From contig OZ219926.1 of assembly GCA_964291405.2 (NCBI GenBank), positions 2,400,001 to 2,464,000 of the forward strand: a stretch of DNA of 64,000 nt. The letters run 5' to 3'. This stretch comes from Thermodesulfobacteriota bacterium (GTDB lineage Bacteria > Desulfobacterota > Binatia > Bin18). Under the pieces are notes generated by a model. It was not told where the DNA came from, made no database searches, and was given only the letters and a program-made list of their open reading frames with translations. Within the stretch, counting starts at the first letter, position 1; every line of letters begins with the position of its first letter. A program made the position numbers and the translations under genes. Shown here piece by piece: positions 47,180 through 57,049 of this stretch.

Positions 47180-48526
47180 ATGAAAATTCCTGCCACTCCG
47201 CCAACCCTAGAGGAGATACTCTCGAAGTCAGACAAAAAGGCTCGCATGAGGCGGTTGGTGGAGATTTTTGCGAAAGGAATTTCTTCCTCCCCACAGGGCA
47301 AATATCGGCACTGGGAAACAGTGAAGAGACTCCAACCTCCAAACGGATTCTCTTCGAGAGAGTGGTGGGCAGGGATTAAATTTGCCCGCTTCCAGACACG
47401 GAGGGAAGTTCCTCTGCTACAGGACAAAGACGGGAAACCGTTTATATATTCCCTCGCTGATCCAGTACTGGAACTCCTGCATGAGATCGATCGAGACGTA
47501 AGCGGCAGACTAACCTCTCGCGACCAGATTACAAACCCAAAAATGAGGGACCGCTATATAGAACATTCTCTCATGGAGGAAGCCATCACCTCGAGTCAGC
47601 TTGAAGGCGCATTGACGCCGCGCGAAGTCGCAAAGGATATGATTCGCTCGGGGCGAGCCCCCAGTGATCAGAGCGAACTGATGATCCTCAATAATTACCA
47701 GGCAATTCGCCTGGTAGATCAATGGAAAGAGCAGCCACTCACTCGTCAACTGCTCTTCACCATACATGAGACGCTAATCCGCGGTACGCTAGAGAAGGGT
47801 ACTGAGAGGAACTATCTCAGAGCCCCCAGTGACCACATCGCGGTCTACGATGAGCGTGATAACACTCTCGTGTATGAGCCCCCGCCCGCCGAACAGCTTG
47901 CAAGTCGAATGGCTGCCATGTTCGACTTTGCGAATCAAACCCAGACAGGAGCCTTTCTTCATCCAATACTGAAAGCCATTATTCTCCATTTCTGGCTCGC
48001 TTATGACCACCCCTTTCTTGATGGCAATGGAAGAGCAGCAAGGGCACTCTTTTACTGGTCTGTACTCTCGCAGGGGTTCTGGATATTCGAGTTTCTTTCG
48101 ATTTCCAGCATTATTCGAAAGGCACCGGCAAAATACGTCCGATCTTTCCTCTATACGGAAACAGACGAGAATGACCTGACGTATTTTATTCTGGCCCAAC
48201 TTCGAGTCATCCAGCGAGCCATCAACGAATTATACGCCTATCTTGACAAGAAGGCCGACGAGATTCAGCAAACTGAGCAACTTCTCCGGTCTTCTATTGT
48301 TATCAACCCTCGCCAAGTCGCCCTGCTCGGGCATGCGCTCCACCACCCAGGGACGCGCTATACGATCGCATCACATAAGAAGAGCCAGGGAGTAACCTAC
48401 CAAACGGCACGGACCGACCTGCTTGGTCTTGCGGATCGAAAACTGCTCGGCAGGGCAAAAGCCGGGCGCGCTTTCGTCTTCATCGCCCCTCGCAACCTTC
48501 CAGAGAGGCTGCAAGCTCTTTCCTGA
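47180..48526 (+). CDS. Fic family protein (class II-like, C-terminal wHTH)
   Basis: HPFLDGNGRAAR catalytic motif, SSQLEG inhibitory motif and a VTYQTARTDL HTH. Confidence 0.92.
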   Translation: MKIPATPPTLEEILSKSDKKARMRRLVEIFAKGISSSPQGKYRHWETVKRLQPPNGFSSREWWAGIKFARFQTRREVPLLQDKDGKPFIYSLADPVLELLHEIDRDVSGRLTSRDQITNPKMRDRYIEHSLMEEAITSSQLEGALTPREVAKDMIRSGRAPSDQSELMILNNYQAIRLVDQWKEQPLTRQLLFTIHETLIRGTLEKGTERNYLRAPSDHIAVYDERDNTLVYEPPPAEQLASRMAAMFDFANQTQTGAFLHPILKAIILHFWLAYDHPFLDGNGRAARALFYWSVLSQGFWIFEFLSISSIIRKAPAKYVRSFLYTETDENDLTYFILAQLRVIQRAINELYAYLDKKADEIQQTEQLLRSSIVINPRQVALLGHALHHPGTRYTIASHKKSQGVTYQTARTDLLGLADRKLLGRAKAGRAFVFIAPRNLPERLQALS

Positions 48527-48541
48527 GGCCCGACTGAGGCC

Positions 48542-49831
48542 CTAGTGACCGCTCCCCGGCTCGTCTTCATAGGCCAGAGCCAGCAGGTCCATAGTGTGCA
48601 CGGCTTTCATCGGGAGCCCACTCTGCCGTAATCCGGCCTGTATCTGCATTAAGCAGCCAGGGTTGCCGGTCACAACAACGTCGGCTTCGGTTGCCTGAAT
48701 ATTTCCGACTTTACGCTCCAGCAGCCGGGCCGCCATCTCGGGCTGGGTCAGATTATACGTACCGGCACTGCCACAGCACCAGTCTGACTCGGGTAAGTTG
48801 GTCAGCTTCAGCCCAGGGATAGCCTGCAGTAAAGCACGGGGTTGCTCGCGGACCCCTTGTCCGTGCGCCAAGTGGCAGGCGTCGTGGTAGGTCGCCTTGA
48901 CCCGCACTTCTCTGGTGGGCGTCCTGAGCGCGATACTGCCCACAAACTCGGCCGCATCCTTCATTTTTCCCGTAAGGCGAGCCGCCTTCTCTCGGTAGGC
49001 AGGATCGTCTTTGAACAGCTCGCCGTATTCCTTCATCATGGCTCCGCAACCGGCCGCGTTGATGATAAAGGCATCCAGATCGAGTTGGTCAAAGACGTCG
49101 ATATTCCGCTTGGCCAGCGCCAGGGCCGTCTGCTTGTCTCCGTTATGCAAGAGGAGGGCGCCGCAACAGGATTGGGCCCTGGGAATGAGGACTTCACAGC
49201 CGTTATGACGGAGGACCTTCACCGTGGACTGGTTGGTCGCTCCAAAGACCGCCGACATCACACAGCCCGACAGCACGCCAACGGTGTGACGTTTTTCACC
49301 AATGGCAGAATAGTGCTCCAAGAGGGGCTGGGAAGAAACGCTTCCACGCTCTGGCAAGAGCCCGAACCAATAGCGCAATGTGGCAGGCACGGCTTCAGAG
49401 CGGGCGAAACGAGCCAGGCCAAGGGCGGCCCCAAATTTGAGCAACAGAGCGAAAAGCCGCGCTCCCCAGGGATTGGGGAAGGTCTTGTTCATGAGCCAGC
49501 GCTTTCCGCGTTCCAGCATAGGACGGCGGTAGTACTGCTCAATAAAGGGCCGGGCGCCTTCGATGAGCTCTCCATACTGCACCCCGGACGGACAGGCGGT
49601 TTCACACGCCCGACACCCCAGGCAGAGATCAAGATGTCCAACGACCTCGTCGTTGAGCTGTGCGTGTCCCTCTTGCAGGGCGCGCAGCATAACGATGCGT
49701 CCCCGGGGGGAGTCCATCTCTGTACCTAATTCGACATAGGTTGGACACGAGGCCAGACACAATCCACAGTGTACGCAGTCAAAAAATTTCTCGTGGTCAA
49801 CAAAGGCGGTGTTTTCCATAGGGAGCGGCAA
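48542..49831 (-). CDS. glcF: Glycolate oxidase Fe-S subunit
   Basis: CVHCGLCLASCP and CLGCRACETACP motifs plus two CCG domains. Confidence 0.9.
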   Translation of the reverse strand: MPLPMENTAFVDHEKFFDCVHCGLCLASCPTYVELGTEMDSPRGRIVMLRALQEGHAQLNDEVVGHLDLCLGCRACETACPSGVQYGELIEGARPFIEQYYRRPMLERGKRWLMNKTFPNPWGARLFALLLKFGAALGLARFARSEAVPATLRYWFGLLPERGSVSSQPLLEHYSAIGEKRHTVGVLSGCVMSAVFGATNQSTVKVLRHNGCEVLIPRAQSCCGALLLHNGDKQTALALAKRNIDVFDQLDLDAFIINAAGCGAMMKEYGELFKDDPAYREKAARLTGKMKDAAEFVGSIALRTPTREVRVKATYHDACHLAHGQGVREQPRALLQAIPGLKLTNLPESDWCCGSAGTYNLTQPEMAARLLERKVGNIQATEADVVVTGNPGCLMQIQAGLRQSGLPMKAVHTMDLLALAYEDEPGSGH

Positions 49832-49864
49832 GCCTTATCGTATGAGTTTCGTCAAATGTCTTTC

Positions 49865-51187
49865 CTATAGTCCACCAACAAAGCGACCGGGGTTCAAAAT
49901 ACCGTTGGGATCCAGGGTTTCTTTGAGTCGCTGCATAAGCGGAAACGCTTTGCCGACACTACCCCAGACATTCGCCCGTTCCTTGAGCGCCGCAGGGATC
50001 TCTTCCACAACGACAAATCCGTTGCTACCGGTTGCGTGGACACGTATCCAGTCAAAAAGGGACAAAATCTGGTCGTCGGGGACAGCCTCTCCTTCAAAAG
50101 CCGCGTACAGGATACCATTCCCGGCCCGGGCCAATAAACGGACTGGAGCATGGCGACGCTGGGATTCTGATTCCAGGTCGGCACAGAATGCCGCGAGCTG
50201 GGTTGGCTGAAGGCTGACTTTACACCGAAGCGTCGCCGGGCCGGACACAGGAAAATCCCGGAGGGCCTGAGAGAGCGTCTGCGCCTCGTCGACACTCAGC
50301 TCCTCAATATCACCTGCGTCATCCCCAAGAACATCACGCAGGTGATTCCGCTGGTCGTCGATTTCTTCCTGAATTCCAGCAAAGCCGACGAAAAGACGAT
50401 AGGCGTCTCCTCCTTGATCTCCGGAGGACGAAAGCGGAGAAAAATTGGCCAGTTCCAGGAAAAAGGGCTGCATGTCCGAGCCCGTCAATTTCAGCGCGGC
50501 TTCGCCAGCTTTTTCAGCCGAGGAGAATGTCAAGGCGAGCGTTGTTTGGGCTTCAGGTCGAGGACGGATCATAAAAGTCGCCTCGACGATAACGCCGAGC
50601 GTCCCAAACGACCCACAGTAGAGCTTTGGCAGGTCATAACCGGCCACGTTTTTCACGACTTGTCCACCACCCTTAATCAGCGTCCCATCCGCGCGCACGA
50701 CTTTTATGCCGATCAGAAAATCGCGGACCGTGCCTTGAGAGAAGCGGGCGGGACCGTTAAGATTGGCAGCAATGACTCCACCGACCGTGGCTCGCTCAGG
50801 ACACGGCGGGTCGAGCGGCAGCCATTGGCCATTTTCTCCAAGAATAGCCTGGAGTTGGGCCAGAGACATGCCGGCCCCAACGGTAATGGTCATATCGGTC
50901 GGCTGATAGTCGACAATCGCGCTCAGCCCTGTCGTACACAGCGCCTGCTCGTATCGTTTCGGTACGCCACCCAGGTGGAGAAACGCACCCTGTCCCACCG
51001 GGCTTATGGCGCAGCCGTTTTCATTTGCCTCTTTTAGCAGGCGAGAGACCTCTTCAATCGACGCGGGGTAGACTACCGTCTCGGGTGCTTGCCCGTCGAT
51101 GACGAACTGGGTGGACGGCGGATGACCTGCGGCCTGCGTCAAAGGAGTGAACGTGTCCTCCAGTGGTTTAGAAGAGATGCTGGACAC
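49865..51187 (-). CDS. glcE: Glycolate oxidase FAD subunit
   Basis: GGQVVKNVAGYDL.KL..GSFGTLG and DPNGILNPGRF motifs. SD and GTG start lie inside repeat copy 10. Confidence 0.87.
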   Translation of the reverse strand: MSSISSKPLEDTFTPLTQAAGHPPSTQFVIDGQAPETVVYPASIEEVSRLLKEANENGCAISPVGQGAFLHLGGVPKRYEQALCTTGLSAIVDYQPTDMTITVGAGMSLAQLQAILGENGQWLPLDPPCPERATVGGVIAANLNGPARFSQGTVRDFLIGIKVVRADGTLIKGGGQVVKNVAGYDLPKLYCGSFGTLGVIVEATFMIRPRPEAQTTLALTFSSAEKAGEAALKLTGSDMQPFFLELANFSPLSSSGDQGGDAYRLFVGFAGIQEEIDDQRNHLRDVLGDDAGDIEELSVDEAQTLSQALRDFPVSGPATLRCKVSLQPTQLAAFCADLESESQRRHAPVRLLARAGNGILYAAFEGEAVPDDQILSLFDWIRVHATGSNGFVVVEEIPAALKERANVWGSVGKAFPLMQRLKETLDPNGILNPGRFVGGL

Positions 51188-51199
51188 GTTTACTCCTTT
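51141..51199 (-). repeat. Short palindromic element, copy 10 (supplies glcE SD and start)
   Basis: AAAGGAGTGAACGTGTCC-23 nt-GGACACGTTTACTCCTTT, with an extra base in both arms. Confidence 0.93.
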
Positions 51200-51225
51200 C
51201 GGTCTGGCTTTCTCTCTAATTCTCT

Positions 51226-52650
51226 CTATAGCGGGACTTGGCGGCGAGGCGTCGTCACGTCAATACAGCCACCGGGTGTCGGGATGATCTTATTGGGATT
51301 ACACAGGTTGTCCGGATTAAAAACGGACCGGAGCTGGGTCATGACCATCAAATCTTCGGGGCTAAAGATGAGCGGCATCTGTCCCATCTTTTCGACGCCA
51401 ATCCCGTGCTCGCCAGTCAGACTGCCCCCCAAGTCTACACAGGCGTTCAAGATTTCCTTCCCGGCTTGGACCACTCGCCGGGTTTCATCGGCATTACGCT
51501 CGTCGTACATCAGGATCGGATGGATGTTACCGTCCCCGGCGTGAAAAACATTGGCAATCCGCAGTTGATATTTTTCCGAAACTTCAGTAATCCGCTGCAA
51601 AATGTCCGGGACCTTAGTCCGCGGGACAACGCCATCCTGGGTGCAGTAATTGGGTGATAAACGGCCAATGGCGCCAAAGGCACGCTTACGGCTCTTCCAG
51701 AGCGCCATCCGTTCCGCATCATCCCGCGCGATCCGGACCTCGCGGGCCTTATTCTGTTTGCAAATCGCCTGAATCCGATCAGTTTGAGGATCGAGGCTGG
51801 CGGCGAGACCATCAATCTCAATAATCAAAACAGCCCCAGCGTCGGTTGGGAAGCCAAAGTGAAAGGCTTCTTCGATCGCTTGGATAATCAGCGTGTCCAT
51901 CATTTCCAGGGCTGCCGGAACAATACCGGAAGCAATAATGCCAGAGACGGTTTGGGTAGCGTGGTGGACCGACTCAAACACGGCCAAAAACGTGCGGTAG
52001 GCCTGTGGCTGACGGGTAAGCTTAAGGGCGGCCTGGGTCACTATCCCGAACGTGCCTTCCGCGCCTATGGTAATTCCCCGTAAGTCATAGCCGGGAACGT
52101 CCTCGACCGTCCCGCCTAAGGTGACGATTTCTCCGTCCGGCAGGACGACTTCCAGCCCGAGCACGTGATTGGTGGTCACGCCGTATTTGAGCGTATGCGG
52201 CCCGCCGGAATTTTCGGCGATATTGCCGCCAATGGTGCACGCCTGCTGGCTGGACGGGTCAGGAGCATACTGAAAGCCCTGATCTTTCACCGCATTACTG
52301 ACCCACAGATTCACCACGCCGGACTGAGCCACGACATAGCGGTTGAGCAGGTCTATATGGACAATCTTGTTGAGGCGACTGGTCCCGATCATGACCGGCG
52401 CTTCGACTGGCAGGCAGCCACCGCTGAGGCCGGTCCCGGCTCCGCGCGGGACAAAGGCGATCTTTTCCTTGTGAAGAAATTTAACGACCGCCGCCACTTC
52501 TTCCGTCGAGTGAGGCAGGACAACAATCTCAGGGACGGCCTTCTCCAAGGTATAGCCGTCACAGTCGTAGACGGAACGCGCACTCTTATGCGCGACCACC
52601 CCGTCAGGGCCAACGATATCATACAAGCGCTCAAGAATTTTCTGATCCAT
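51226..52650 (-). CDS. glcD: Glycolate oxidase subunit GlcD (FAD-linked oxidase)
   Basis: PRGAGTGLSGG, PDPSSQ..CTIGGN, HAGDGNIHP and GEHGIGVEK motifs. Confidence 0.92.
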   Translation of the reverse strand: MDQKILERLYDIVGPDGVVAHKSARSVYDCDGYTLEKAVPEIVVLPHSTEEVAAVVKFLHKEKIAFVPRGAGTGLSGGCLPVEAPVMIGTSRLNKIVHIDLLNRYVVAQSGVVNLWVSNAVKDQGFQYAPDPSSQQACTIGGNIAENSGGPHTLKYGVTTNHVLGLEVVLPDGEIVTLGGTVEDVPGYDLRGITIGAEGTFGIVTQAALKLTRQPQAYRTFLAVFESVHHATQTVSGIIASGIVPAALEMMDTLIIQAIEEAFHFGFPTDAGAVLIIEIDGLAASLDPQTDRIQAICKQNKAREVRIARDDAERMALWKSRKRAFGAIGRLSPNYCTQDGVVPRTKVPDILQRITEVSEKYQLRIANVFHAGDGNIHPILMYDERNADETRRVVQAGKEILNACVDLGGSLTGEHGIGVEKMGQMPLIFSPEDLMVMTQLRSVFNPDNLCNPNKIIPTPGGCIDVTTPRRQVPL

Positions 52651-52672
52651 GCGCACTCCTTGTTCCCGTCGA

Positions 52673-53122
52673 CTACACCGGCCGGCGGCGGATCATGCGT
52701 TTAACGGTATACTCAAGGAGGACCGTATCAGCTTGATTAAGGACTTGGGTGAGCGAGGTGACGACCCCGCGGTCGGGCTTAGAGGTCTCACGTTTCCCGA
52801 GAATGCGGACTTTGACCCGAACGGTATCTCCGCAGTGCAGGGGAGCCGGGATGTTCATGTTTTCAATGCCGAGCAGGGCCATACCACCCTTGGCCATACC
52901 GGACTGCACGGTCAGGCCCTCGGCCAGGGCAAAGGTAAACGAGCCTGGCGAGATCCGGCCGTCAAATAAACTGTTGCTTTTGACAAACTCCATGTCCATG
53001 AACAAGGGCTCGTGAAAGCCGAACAGGTTCACGAAGTTGACGATGTCCGCTTCGGTGACTGTTCGCGCCTTGGTCTCAAACTCGGTGCCGACTTCATACT
53101 CTTCAAAGTACTCAAGTGCCAT
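52673..53122 (-). CDS. MaoC-like dehydratase
   Basis: YFEEYEVG, RTVTEADI and GDTV...KRETSKPDRG hot-dog pattern. Confidence 0.88.
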   Translation of the reverse strand: MALEYFEEYEVGTEFETKARTVTEADIVNFVNLFGFHEPLFMDMEFVKSNSLFDGRISPGSFTFALAEGLTVQSGMAKGGMALLGIENMNIPAPLHCGDTVRVKVRILGKRETSKPDRGVVTSLTQVLNQADTVLLEYTVKRMIRRRPV

Positions 53123-53228
53123 ATGATTTCCTCGGGAAAGGCGTCAGCTAGGAGTCTGCGAGCTTGTGCCGGAGAAGTCAACAGCAGGGTGTTGACAATT
53201 GGTCCGCTCTCGCGTTGTTTTACCCGCT

Positions 53229-54308
53229 ATGAAAAAGCGTGTCGCCGTTGTTGGGGCAACCGGGATTGCGGGTCAGCAATTCCTCGTTGCGCTTCAGGAC
53301 CATCCCTGGTTTGAGGTTGCTTTGCTGGCCGCGTCAGAGCGCTCAGCGGGCAAAAGCTATGCAGAAGCTATCCGTGATCCCAAAACCGGGGCGCGGAGAT
53401 GGTGGTGTGAGGAGGAGCCCCCGCAGTCCGTGCTGCCGCTTCCGGTCCACGAAGCATCGTCTCTGAACCTGACGGGAGTCGATCTCGTCTTTACAGCCGT
53501 CGAATCAGGACCGGCACGGGAACTGGAGCCGGTGTACGCCAAAACAACGCCGGTGGTCAGCACGGCCTCGGCATTTCGGCAAGAGGCGGACGTTCCCCTG
53601 CTTATTCCGGGAGTCAATCTGGAGCATATCTATCTGATTGATACCCAAAGGAAAAATCGCGACTGGCAGGGCTATATTGCCACGCAGCCCAACTGTACCA
53701 CCATAGGTCTGGCGATTACCCTCCGACCGCTGTTTGACCAATTCGGTCTCAGAAAAGTCATCATGACCTCTATGCAGGGGCTGTCCGGGGCTGGTCGCTC
53801 GCCGGGTGTGATCGGAATGGACACCATAGACAACGTTATTCCCTTTATTGCCGGCGAGGAGGAGAAGGTCGAACGGGAAGGGCATAAAATTCTTGGCCGC
53901 CTCGACAATGGAGCCATTACCCCCGCCAATTTTCTGGTGAGTGCAACGTGTACGCGTGTACCGGTTCTTGAAGGCCATACCGAGGCTCTGTTGGTCTCCA
54001 TGGACACCTCCTGCTCGGTTGAGGATGTCCGGGCAGCAATGGTCGGGTTTGGCAAAGAGTTTATTGAAATGGGCCTGCCCTCTTCTCCGCAGCATATGAT
54101 CATCGTGCATGATGACCCATTTCGGCCCCAGCCACGCTTGGACCGTGATGCCGAAGACGGCATGGCAACATCGGTGGGTCGTCTGCGAGAGGATCAGACG
54201 CTTGAGAATGCCGTGAAATATCTTCTTGTCAGCCACAATACCAAGATGGGAGCGGCCAAGGGAGCGGTCCTGACGGCGGAGTATCTGTATCAGCAGGAGT
54301 ATGTGTAG
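53229..54308 (+). CDS. asd: Aspartate-semialdehyde dehydrogenase (archaeal/fungal-like subtype)
   Basis: GATGIAGQ, ASERSAGK, PNCTT, MQGLSGAG, RVPVLEGH and PQPRLDR motifs. Confidence 0.93.
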   Translation: MKKRVAVVGATGIAGQQFLVALQDHPWFEVALLAASERSAGKSYAEAIRDPKTGARRWWCEEEPPQSVLPLPVHEASSLNLTGVDLVFTAVESGPARELEPVYAKTTPVVSTASAFRQEADVPLLIPGVNLEHIYLIDTQRKNRDWQGYIATQPNCTTIGLAITLRPLFDQFGLRKVIMTSMQGLSGAGRSPGVIGMDTIDNVIPFIAGEEEKVEREGHKILGRLDNGAITPANFLVSATCTRVPVLEGHTEALLVSMDTSCSVEDVRAAMVGFGKEFIEMGLPSSPQHMIIVHDDPFRPQPRLDRDAEDGMATSVGRLREDQTLENAVKYLLVSHNTKMGAAKGAVLTAEYLYQQEYV

Positions 54309-54344
54309 TTCCGTACGCTCGTCTTGATACAGTACACCGCAGAG

Positions 54345-54397
54345 AAGAGTAAACGTGTCCAGCATCTGCGTGTGTATTGGAGGACACGTTTACTCTT
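54345..54397 (+). repeat. Short palindromic element, copy 11
   Basis: AAGAGTAAACGTGTCC-21 nt-GGACACGTTTACTCTT, ending 1 nt before an ATG. Confidence 0.95.
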
Positions 54398-54398
54398 A

Positions 54399-55799
54399 AT
54401 GCCCACAGCCTTCACAACCGCAGACCTTCCACCAAAAGCGCAGGGCTTCTGGAAGCTCGCGGGGCCCGGGGCTGTCTTGGTCGGGCTCTCAATCGGCGCG
54501 GGTGAACTGATTGTCTGGCCGCGGAATACCGCGCAGTTTGGTGCCGGCATGACCTGGGCGGCACTGCTCGGCATCTTTCTTCAGTTCTGGATTAATTGCG
54601 AGATTGGCCGCTATACCCTAGCCACGGGAGAAAGTATTTATGCTGGATTCAGCCGAATCTCGCGCCACTTTGCCTGGATCTTTATTCTGCTCAACATCTT
54701 GGGCTGGATTCTTCCGGGATGGGCGCGGGCCTGCGGCGGAGCGCTCAAAGCACTCATGGTCGGCCCTCAGGGCTGGGGGGAGCCGTGGGTCTGGACAGCT
54801 ATTACCTTTGCCGGCGTTGCCTTTGTCTTATTCGGCCCTAAACGCGTGTATGCTTCGGTTGAGAAAACAACGGAACTGTTGGTCATTTTGGTAACGGTCG
54901 GTCTTATTCTGGTTGCCTGTGTTGTTGGCAATACGGAAACCTGGGCGGCGCTGGGACACGGGATGCTGAACTTTCCGTTCAAGCATCCCGATATGCCGAC
55001 GTATATTCTGTTCTCTTCGGTTGTTTTTGCTGGAGCCGGGGGAACGGCGAATCTTTTTTTCTCGTTCTATATCCGAGACAAGGGGTGGGGAATGGGCGCG
55101 CTAATGCCCAAGGTAGTCAATCCACTCCGGGCGCAGGAAGAGGTTGTTTCAGAGCGGGCCTTTCAGATTGCTGAGACTGAGTCGAACCTGGCGCGCTGGC
55201 GGGTATGGTTCAGACATTTGTCTGTGGACCAAATGCTCTTTTTCTGGCTCCTCAACACGTTCACCATTCTCTTGTTTATCTTTGGTGCGCTGGCGGTACT
55301 GCACCCACAAGGCATCGTTCCGAGCCAAGAGATGTTGGTCTGGGAGGAGGCCGAGATTTTAGGCAGCGTGGGGGGAGGTCTCGGAAAGATTCTTTTTCTT
55401 CTCGTGGGGATCGCGTGTTTGTTCAGCACCCAACTGACGCTTATCGACGGAGTCGCCCGGACAGGCGCAGATATCCTGCATACCAACTATGCCTGGGCAC
55501 AAGAGAAGCCGCTGAGTTGGTGGTACGGCGTCATTGCTGTGGGTTGGATCGTACTCGGGACTTTCTTGACCTACGTGTACGAAAGCCTGCCACCTATTCT
55601 TTTTTTGATGGGATCGGCGTTTTTTGGTGGGATTGCGATGGCCGTCTACACGCCGTTGACTCTGGTGATCAATCGAAAGCTGCTCCCGCCGGCACTACGA
55701 CCCGGCCCGGCGAAAACTGCGCTTCTTGTCGGAATCAGTTGTTTTTATGTTGTTTTCGCCGTCTTTTCGATTGTTCGGCTTGGACAGAAGCTCTTGTAA
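54399..55799 (+). CDS. Nramp-family-like transporter
   Basis: GPGAVLVGLSIGAGELIVWP and EIGRYTLATGES motifs; about 11 TM segments. Confidence 0.8.
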   Translation: MPTAFTTADLPPKAQGFWKLAGPGAVLVGLSIGAGELIVWPRNTAQFGAGMTWAALLGIFLQFWINCEIGRYTLATGESIYAGFSRISRHFAWIFILLNILGWILPGWARACGGALKALMVGPQGWGEPWVWTAITFAGVAFVLFGPKRVYASVEKTTELLVILVTVGLILVACVVGNTETWAALGHGMLNFPFKHPDMPTYILFSSVVFAGAGGTANLFFSFYIRDKGWGMGALMPKVVNPLRAQEEVVSERAFQIAETESNLARWRVWFRHLSVDQMLFFWLLNTFTILLFIFGALAVLHPQGIVPSQEMLVWEEAEILGSVGGGLGKILFLLVGIACLFSTQLTLIDGVARTGADILHTNYAWAQEKPLSWWYGVIAVGWIVLGTFLTYVYESLPPILFLMGSAFFGGIAMAVYTPLTLVINRKLLPPALRPGPAKTALLVGISCFYVVFAVFSIVRLGQKLL

Positions 55800-55830
55800 A
55801 AAAGGGCGCCGTGTATGACGGCGCCCTTTT
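55798..55830. terminator. Bidirectional intrinsic terminator
   Basis: AAAAAAGGGCGCCGT-gtatg-ACGGCGCCCTTTT between convergent genes. Confidence 0.85.
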
Positions 55831-55849
55831 CTTCTTCCGAACTCAGCAA

Positions 55850-56167
55850 TTACACGCTGCCGGATAGCGTAAACGCAATAACCAGCGCGTAAATAGCCAG
55901 CGCCTCAATGAAGGCAATACCGATGATCATCGGGGTCTGGATGCGATCAGCCGAATTTGGGTTCCGGCCGATGGACTCCATAGCGGCAGCCACCGCCCGG
56001 CCCTGCCCCAAGCCTGCACCCACGGCAGCGATGCCGATACCGAGGCCAGCTGCCAGGGCGATCATGCCTCTTGAGGAATCGCCGTCTCCGTCAGCCGCGA
56101 GAGCAGCTCCGGCGGTGAGCAACATCATACAGACTGCCAGCACACCAGTTACACATAGTTTCTTCAT
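55850..56167 (-). CDS. atpE: ATP synthase F0 subunit c
   Basis: [15 protein letters not shown] and FIEALAIY motifs. Confidence 0.95.
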   Translation of the reverse strand: MKKLCVTGVLAVCMMLLTAGAALAADGDGDSSRGMIALAAGLGIGIAAVGAGLGQGRAVAAAMESIGRNPNSADRIQTPMIIGIAFIEALAIYALVIAFTLSGSV

Positions 56168-56296
56168 ACGTCCTACTCCTTTCATGTCCCGATGGCGTCG
56201 TGTGGAGTCAGCCTCCTCTTATCCTCCTCGCCGCTTCGTACCCTCTCCGCCACCTGGACAATGGGTTTTATTGCACTCTTTTTCTTCTCTAGTCCC

Positions 56297-56998
56297 TTAG
56301 TGATGCTCATCATGGGCAACGGCCAAGGAGACGTACACCATGCTGAGCAGAGTAAAAACAAACGCTTGTACAAGAGAAACAAAAGCCCCAAGCGCATAAA
56401 AGACGACCGGAATCACAACTTTCGTCAGGTCCGTAAAGATCTCTAAAACAACATGGTCGCCCGTCATATTCCCAAAAAGTCGCAGGGAAAGAGAGAAGGG
56501 CCGGACAAAATTATCAATGAGTTCGAGCGGGACCATCAAAATGCCCAGCCACCAGATCGGCCCGACAAAATGCTTCAAATAAGCCAAGCCCTGTTCTTGG
56601 AAAGCGTAGAAATTATACGCGACAAAGGAAAGCACGCCTAAGGCGAGTGTCACATTGAAATCGCTGGTTGGGGGAGAAAATCCAGGTAAAAGCCCGGAGA
56701 GGTTTGCAACCAGGATGAACAGGAAGAAACTGCCATAGAGGTGGACGTATTTCTGTGCCCGGTCACCCAGTACACCCTCGGCCATATCAGAGATGCCCTG
56801 AGTGAGGAGTTCGGCCATGTTCCGACAGGTCAGCGAGTCATCAGGGACAGCCACATCATCTGCAGCGACCAACTGCCTCTTTGCCATATAAGCAAAGAGA
56901 ATAAGAGCGACAGAGACAATAAGGGAGGTCGCGATATGACCTGGGAGAAGGCTGAGCCCAGGAATATGATCGACCCAGAGAAAGATATGGTGTTCCAT
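56297..56998 (-). CDS. atpB: ATP synthase F0 subunit a
   Basis: RPFSLSLRLFGNM and QAFVFTLLSMVY motifs. Confidence 0.96.
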   Translation of the reverse strand: MEHHIFLWVDHIPGLSLLPGHIATSLIVSVALILFAYMAKRQLVAADDVAVPDDSLTCRNMAELLTQGISDMAEGVLGDRAQKYVHLYGSFFLFILVANLSGLLPGFSPPTSDFNVTLALGVLSFVAYNFYAFQEQGLAYLKHFVGPIWWLGILMVPLELIDNFVRPFSLSLRLFGNMTGDHVVLEIFTDLTKVVIPVVFYALGAFVSLVQAFVFTLLSMVYVSLAVAHDEHH

Positions 56999-57049
56999 GT
57001 TTTCAGTTCAGCACACTCACGCAGTAGGCTCGTAGCGCGCTCGCGCGTC

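Noticed and set aside
2077-54397. Palindromic element read as a CRISPR array or as integron attC sites
   Set aside because: Copies are dispersed rather than tandem. No cas or integrase genes are present, there are no RYYYAAC/GTTRRRY ends, and the neighbours are core genes.
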